Shown here: positions 58,478 through 64,000 of the stretch, piece by piece
How the letters are laid out: each line of letters starts with the position of its first letter
How positions within the stretch are numbered: position 1 is the first letter of the stretch
DNA from: Phoronis australis
Taxonomy: Eukaryota > Animalia > Phoronida
DNA: 64,000 nt
NCBI GenBank assembly: GCA_002633005.1
Contig: NMRA01000131.1
Span: 24,029 to 88,028, forward strand
Direction: 5' to 3'
The notes under the pieces: model-generated
What the model was told of the DNA's origin: nothing
Seen by the model: only the letters and a program-made list of their open reading frames with translations
Databases searched by the model: none
Program-made: the position numbers and the translations under genes

Positions 58478-60999
58478 TACAAGTATATACATGACATTTC
58501 TGTTTATTGTGAATTACGTTTCAGTGTACAAACCTGTAACTCCATCCTCACCACACCACTTTGTAGTCAATTGATATTTGTACGTTTTTGTCACGTAACC
58601 CAGAGCGTAATAGAAGCGTCTGTGTTTTTCAGTGATGGAGTCATGTGCATTGACTTTTCCTGTGTTGTATTGTCATGAGCAACTTAGTTCAAAAACCGCG
58701 GAGATATTAAAAATGTCTCCATCAGATATCGAATTTGTGTAACCTGAAGCATAAAGCCCGTCATGGAAGTCGACTAATGCTTGTAGGAACTATTTGTTTT
58801 CGTATACATTTATTGTTCACAGTCGCAAGATTTGTAATACTCGTCATTTATGAGAGTGACCATGAAAAGGCGACTCGTTTATAGGGAGCTTCCATGAGAA
58901 ACGTTATCGTTTGATAAACTTTTATTGTCATGACATAGCCCTTTGTTGGCGGGGGCTATTTCAGTAAAAAATAACTCGCACTGTCGAACTAAGCTTCGAT
59001 TGAAGTATGATCAATCGGAATACGGCCCCGGAGTAGTCCTCAGTTTGTTATAACAAAGTTTGCAATTGAAGAAAATTTCAGCTAGTCGGTGGGTAAACCC
59101 GCGCGCCGCTAATCATCTTAGCGCTAGAGGCGAGGTATCCGTGACCGGGAACTTCTAATTATCGGCTTGGCTGATGAACAGTGTTGGCTTGGTTACTGCT
59201 GGCGGGCTATAGCACTGAATATTTTCATTGTTTCATTTGTGTAGGTTGCGTTGTGTGATAATTATTTCTTTTGTCGATTGTATAATAAAGATAACGGAGT
59301 AACGCTATACAACATAAATTTGTGTCCTTAGCTGAGCGTGTATTACAAGGGGCAGACGAAACTTGAACAAACACCTCAAAATGCTATATTTCTGCCAGAA
59401 ACCAGCTTATGAGGTAGTTTTCACTTCATAAGTGACTATCACATTGCTCGTAATCCAAAAGTGATAACTGGTAACCAGGTAATCTAAACCAAAGGATTTC
59501 AGGAATAAATGTCACTGTTTTACTTAATATGTCACTTCGTGCACAACTGAATAAAAATTGAAACCTTATAAAACGATTTTATAATTTTCGGTTTTCAAAA
59601 TATGGCCGCCAGCTCAAAACCTTATTCAAATTAAATTAAATGAAATGAATATAACTTTGGAAGGACAATGTTGCAACAAATTTCAATTTCAAAATGCATC
59701 CCAGGTTCGCCTCAGAACGTTTGAAGAATATAGTTCTTTTGTAGAACAAAAACTGCAAGCTATATGCCAACTACTCAATCTTTGCATGTATATCGAATTG
59801 GTGGATTTTTTCAGTTTGCATTTTAAATCTTCAATTAGTCAGTTACTTACAAGAGCTTAAAACTCAGCAAATGACGGTAAAACGTGCTGCCCTACTCAAT
59901 AATGTCCTAAACTATCGTCGTTATTTTGCGACAAAGGGGTCTTCTTATAATTATCCTTCAGTATGGTGCATCCACCTCTTTTACTGGTGTGCCACAACCA
60001 TGTTATTCACTGCCAAGTATACAACCAGGGAAATGTTGTATATCTCTTCATCACCTCGAAAGATACTATTTATCAGTCCTAAGTTATGTAAATTGCAGAA
60101 GAATAGCACATAAGCGATTTCTTGTTACACATTTCAAGTTCGATTTTCTATATTTTTCAATTTTACCTTCTATTAAGTGGAGGGAAGAGTTATGAAGAAA
60201 ACGGAAATTGCTGCGCACGCTTCACTGTGCAACAACCATTCTTCTATAATTGACGAGCAATCTTAGGCACAAGTTAAAACTGTTTCCAAGCAAGTGGCGA
60301 GGATTAGTTATATAACACTACTTTAACTTCATTTACTGATATAGGCTTTTAAAATTAGTCTGTACCTTTTAAGAAATATCATTTACAAAATTGCAGTTTG
60401 TGATTTAAAATGAAACCGCAGGCTAATTCCTTTATTGATTGGCCAAATTAGTTAGAAATACAACATTTAGCGACGAAGTGAATATGGAGTAGGTTGAAAA
60501 TTGCCAAATGTTTTTAAGAACGTGTTTTGTGGCGAAAATGATCCGCTGCACATCACTGAACTGTCAGTAAGTATCGTGACGTGGTGCTGGGGAATAACAC
60601 TGCATGATATGGGTACGTTAGCACGCGAGGTAAGTCATTAATGCGAAGATCACCTATTTGCAGATTATTTGTTTTCACGTTTACAAAACGTCAATGAATA
60701 CAACTTGCACTTTGTTTAGTGTAGATTATGTTAAATAGCATTGTCGTTTAGTTCCTGCTATACATTAGCAATTGGTTAGGAGTATGCACATCTTTAAGTC
60801 ACCGGTACAATAAGCTTCAACCTGTGGATCTTGTTAGCATGCGAGCTTATTTTCGTTGTAACCACCCACTTACTCTGCTATAACTCGACGATACACTTAG
60901 TCCTACAGCAAATTTTTGATTTACCGGTAACTAATCATACGACTCCGCACTGTTCAGTGCATGCTCATAATGCCCCCTGTGGAGAGTTTTGAAACTAAT

Positions 61000-61189
61000 C
61001 GGTAGAACGCCAATTTTCCAAAACCAAAAAATAATTTTATTTACTCAAATAAGTGTGTAGTTTTTAATGACACTAATTTTGTGTCATATTTTATCTGGTC
61101 ATTTTTTACCCACATTGGCGCAAAGCTGTGTATGTAATATATATATATATGTATATTACATATACAGCTTTGTACCAACTTGAAGGCTA
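61000..61189 (-). repeat. Terminal fragment of the 30309-32715 foldback family, with an expanded hairpin
   Basis: cggtagaacgccaattttcca..gtttttaatgaca..ttttgtgtca.atttt..ttttttaccca.at.gg.gcaaagctg...tacagctttgtacca..ggcta matches 32550-32715. Confidence 0.75.
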
Positions 61190-61889
61190 AGTGGTAGCTA
61201 GCTGTATTATGACGACAGTCTTCATAAAGCTACCTGGCTGTCTAACATAGAATAAGAGACACACATCTTACGTTCGCACAAACTTAGAGTAGAAAATGCC
61301 AAAAATAACTTCGAGGTCGATTACGAGTAGGTAAGGAGATAAAAACTCGGCCCCATGTGAAAGCAAACTTGCATCAAGGCACCGTGGTTCCGGCGACCAC
61401 CTTATTGTACAAATGCTGTGTTTTCAAAGGCTAATGACTTTCAATACACATCATTTGCGCGTACTTAAGAGCGTGCACTCTGAGCATGCACACAGCTTGC
61501 GATGACACTGAAAGAACAAAATGTCGATGATTTTGCATTAAAAACGGCGATATGTGACCCCAAAACATGATATCTTTCCCAAAACACAATCCCTTATTCC
61601 TTTATCTATTCCGAGCATCTTAGTCGTGAATCTTTTATTTCAAAATCCCCCCATAAGTGCCTTGAGTGATCAGCTGCTAGCCGACTGACAGAACGGATGA
61701 CATGCGACCCTGAAGCCCTAACATCACCTCGCTCCATAAATTACTTAGCTTATGTCAATGTGTTGGTTTTCAAACCCCAAAAGAATGTGATGACCTCGGC
61801 CATTATCACATTTCTGAAAACCACCTTATGGATTCGGGAAAATAGGTTGATCATTGTCTCTTGATAACATTGGAAAATATAGGGAAATC

Positions 61890-62761
61890 ACTTACTGAGA
61901 GACAAAACTTGACATATGGTAGCAAACGTTTCGGCCTGGTTCGTCAAGCCGTTGTTGATGACTTGAGTATTTTCAGCCGTAAGCTTGATAAAGATGTCAC
62001 TGTAGAGGGGAGATATTTTGAACACCATGGTCCCGATTCAAAAGGAGGACGGGACGTGCGTGCCAGCTCTGCTCCTTGCCAACCTTGACGGAGGCAAGAG
62101 AGAAAGGCAGAATGTGGCCAATGTGTGCTCACCCACGGCAGTCGGTCTGTCGAGTTTTTTGTGTTGTTTAAACCTGATTGGAAAACTTGATCGTCCCTCA
62201 GTCGCCTTCCTTTACACACTCAGAAGGGCTGTCTAAACGTCAACGCATGTACAAAACCTATGGGATGTCTTCGTACATGAAAGCGATTGCCACCCTTCAT
62301 TCATTGCTCGCTAGACTTAAAGACCAAACCCACATGGAGGAACAATCTGGTGTTATTTACCAGCTTACCTGTGACCAGGATCCCAATCACACTCAGTTGG
62401 GGAAACAAAAAGGTCATTTGGAATCATGCATGTTTGGAGAACACAAAATATCGACAGATCGACTCAGTGCCGTGGGTGAGCACACATTGACCACTGGACA
62501 TTCTGCCTCTCTTGCTCCGGCCAAGATCATTGGCAAAAAGCAGAATTAACTGGCACGCAGGTAAAATCAAGGAATCTATCAAAATCAGGATCACACTCTT
62601 TTGAATAGAGACCGTGGTGCTCTCCTCTCCACAGTGACGTCCTTATCAAGCGCATGGCGGCGGGAAACACTTCAGATACTCCAGACATCAGCAAAGGCCT
62701 GGCGGATCAGGCCGAAACGTCTGCTACCATGACATTCGTCAATTTTTGTCTCTCAGTAAGT
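61890..62761 (+). mobile_element. Penelope-like retroelement 3' remnant (GIY-YIG endonuclease) with an inverted copy of its own 3' end at the 5' side
   Basis: TLHSLLARLKD...EEQSGVIYQLTC...EHK....SAVGEHTLTTGHS, and LNRDRG (ttgaatagagaccgtggt, about 62601). 61890-62045 is an inverted copy of 62598-62761. Confidence 0.8.
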
Positions 62762-63487
62762 ATAATTACGCTATATTTACGGCCTTATTGACCACGCTGA
62801 AAGTCAACAATTGCATAATGTAATTGGTAGAATAATTATATTCTTGTTTAAAAACGTCTCGTTGCGTCTTAGAATTTATTTTTTCGGTCTGTGACAAATG
62901 CTCTTCTTTATGAAGTCGCAGTATGTCTAATTTACTGATGTCACCTAGTATAATATAAGAAACGTGAAAATGGATATCAAATTCAGTCGCTGTTCACAGA
63001 AAGAATATGGTAAAATCGATGAATCATGTTTAATCTCTTAAGGGGTGAGAAATTTTGACAAAAATATGCGCATTATGACTAAAACAACATGCAAAGATAA
63101 ATGTTTGGTGTCCGCGCACTAGCATAATTATGAGTTTGTGTTATACGTTGCATCGACCTTTGTTATGATGTGCAGAACCATATCTAACTCAATCAACAAT
63201 TAAAATTACATACCAAAACACATTTTCATTTTATGCGTGTTTTATTAGAAAAATACAAAATCTTTAGGTAACAAGAAGCGTCATTTCGTATACAAACAGC
63301 AACAAATCAACAGTTTTTGAAATTCGAATGTAGTACCCTAACCACCCGATCGAGTCAATTATTCCATAAGAAGAACAACTGATTAAGGAAAACTATCAGT
63401 GAGTCCTTAAAGTCTAGTCTTCAGAATGCTGTTGTAGTCGCAGTCGCAATCGCAGGTTGTTGCAGAAGTTGCTATGAGAAACAGCAG

Positions 63488-63545
63488 CTGTTGCTAGCTG
63501 TCGCTAGCTGTCGCTGGCTGTCGCTAGCTGTCGCAAGCTGTCGCG
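63488..63545. repeat. 10-bp tandem repeat (gctgtcgcta) x about 5
   Basis: ctgttgctagctgtcgctagctgtcgctggctgtcgctagctgtcgcaagctgtcgc. Confidence 0.7.
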
Positions 63546-64000
63546 CCTATTCTGTTTTCCGTTACTTCACGAGCGAATTTTATTATACAACGTCAGGAAT
63601 AACCCACAAAAGGTTGCGACTGCAACTTTTACACAGCGCTCACATGCCGTCCGATCAGGACATCTGATCCACCGTCTGAAAAAAGATTTATATGGGAATG
63701 CGTGTCAGACGTCTTATCTCTATTATTTTTTTCGTCTGGCCCAAAATCAGACGACATATCTGCCTCCGTTGGATGCCCACATTCCAATAACTTGACTTTT
63801 GAATGGTTAGGCTTTGCCCGCCCATGGCGATAGAGCGGGATTGGCCAGCATGATACACATCTTCTGATCGAACGTCCTATCAACCATCTCATGAAAATTC
63901 CACATGTGAATGCTTTATTAGTTTATTGATATGGGTGAATTGTGTGAACACTGGTGTTTGCATTATGAGCGAAGCGTTACAAACATATTACAGCTGGGAA

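Noticed and set aside
63629-63892. 87-aa minus-strand ORF near the window end
   Set aside because: No recognisable homology or exon boundaries.

Overview
This is AT-rich, intron-containing animal genomic DNA, most likely from a marine invertebrate bilaterian (inferred from the genes and transposon families; not determined). Two host genes can be supported. One is a five-exon orthopedia (Otp) PRD-class homeobox gene on + (50027-58477, 270 aa, homeodomain plus OAR motif). The other is a rolling stone-like multi-pass membrane protein on + (35641-37341), encoded in one exon, with a large inserted loop and substituted putative catalytic residues. The rest is mostly transposons. A near-intact Mag-type Ty3/gypsy LTR retrotransposon (41790-46413; 74-bp LTRs, AGCTA target duplication) sits inside a head-to-tail pair of non-autonomous Helitrons. 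There are also a decayed Academ DNA transposon, a decayed Gmr1-like gypsy (integrase before RT), a solo LTR with a CTCF-type motif, a 2.4-kb foldback element, a Penelope remnant and many MITEs. The most unusual observations are a 162-nt hairpin with three tandem G.A mismatches near a tRNA-like Pol III cassette, and a compensating frameshift pair that removes the catalytic Glu of the gypsy integrase while keeping the ORF open. I found no clear evidence of a wholly new multi-gene system. All family assignments come from motif recognition by eye, not database searches.
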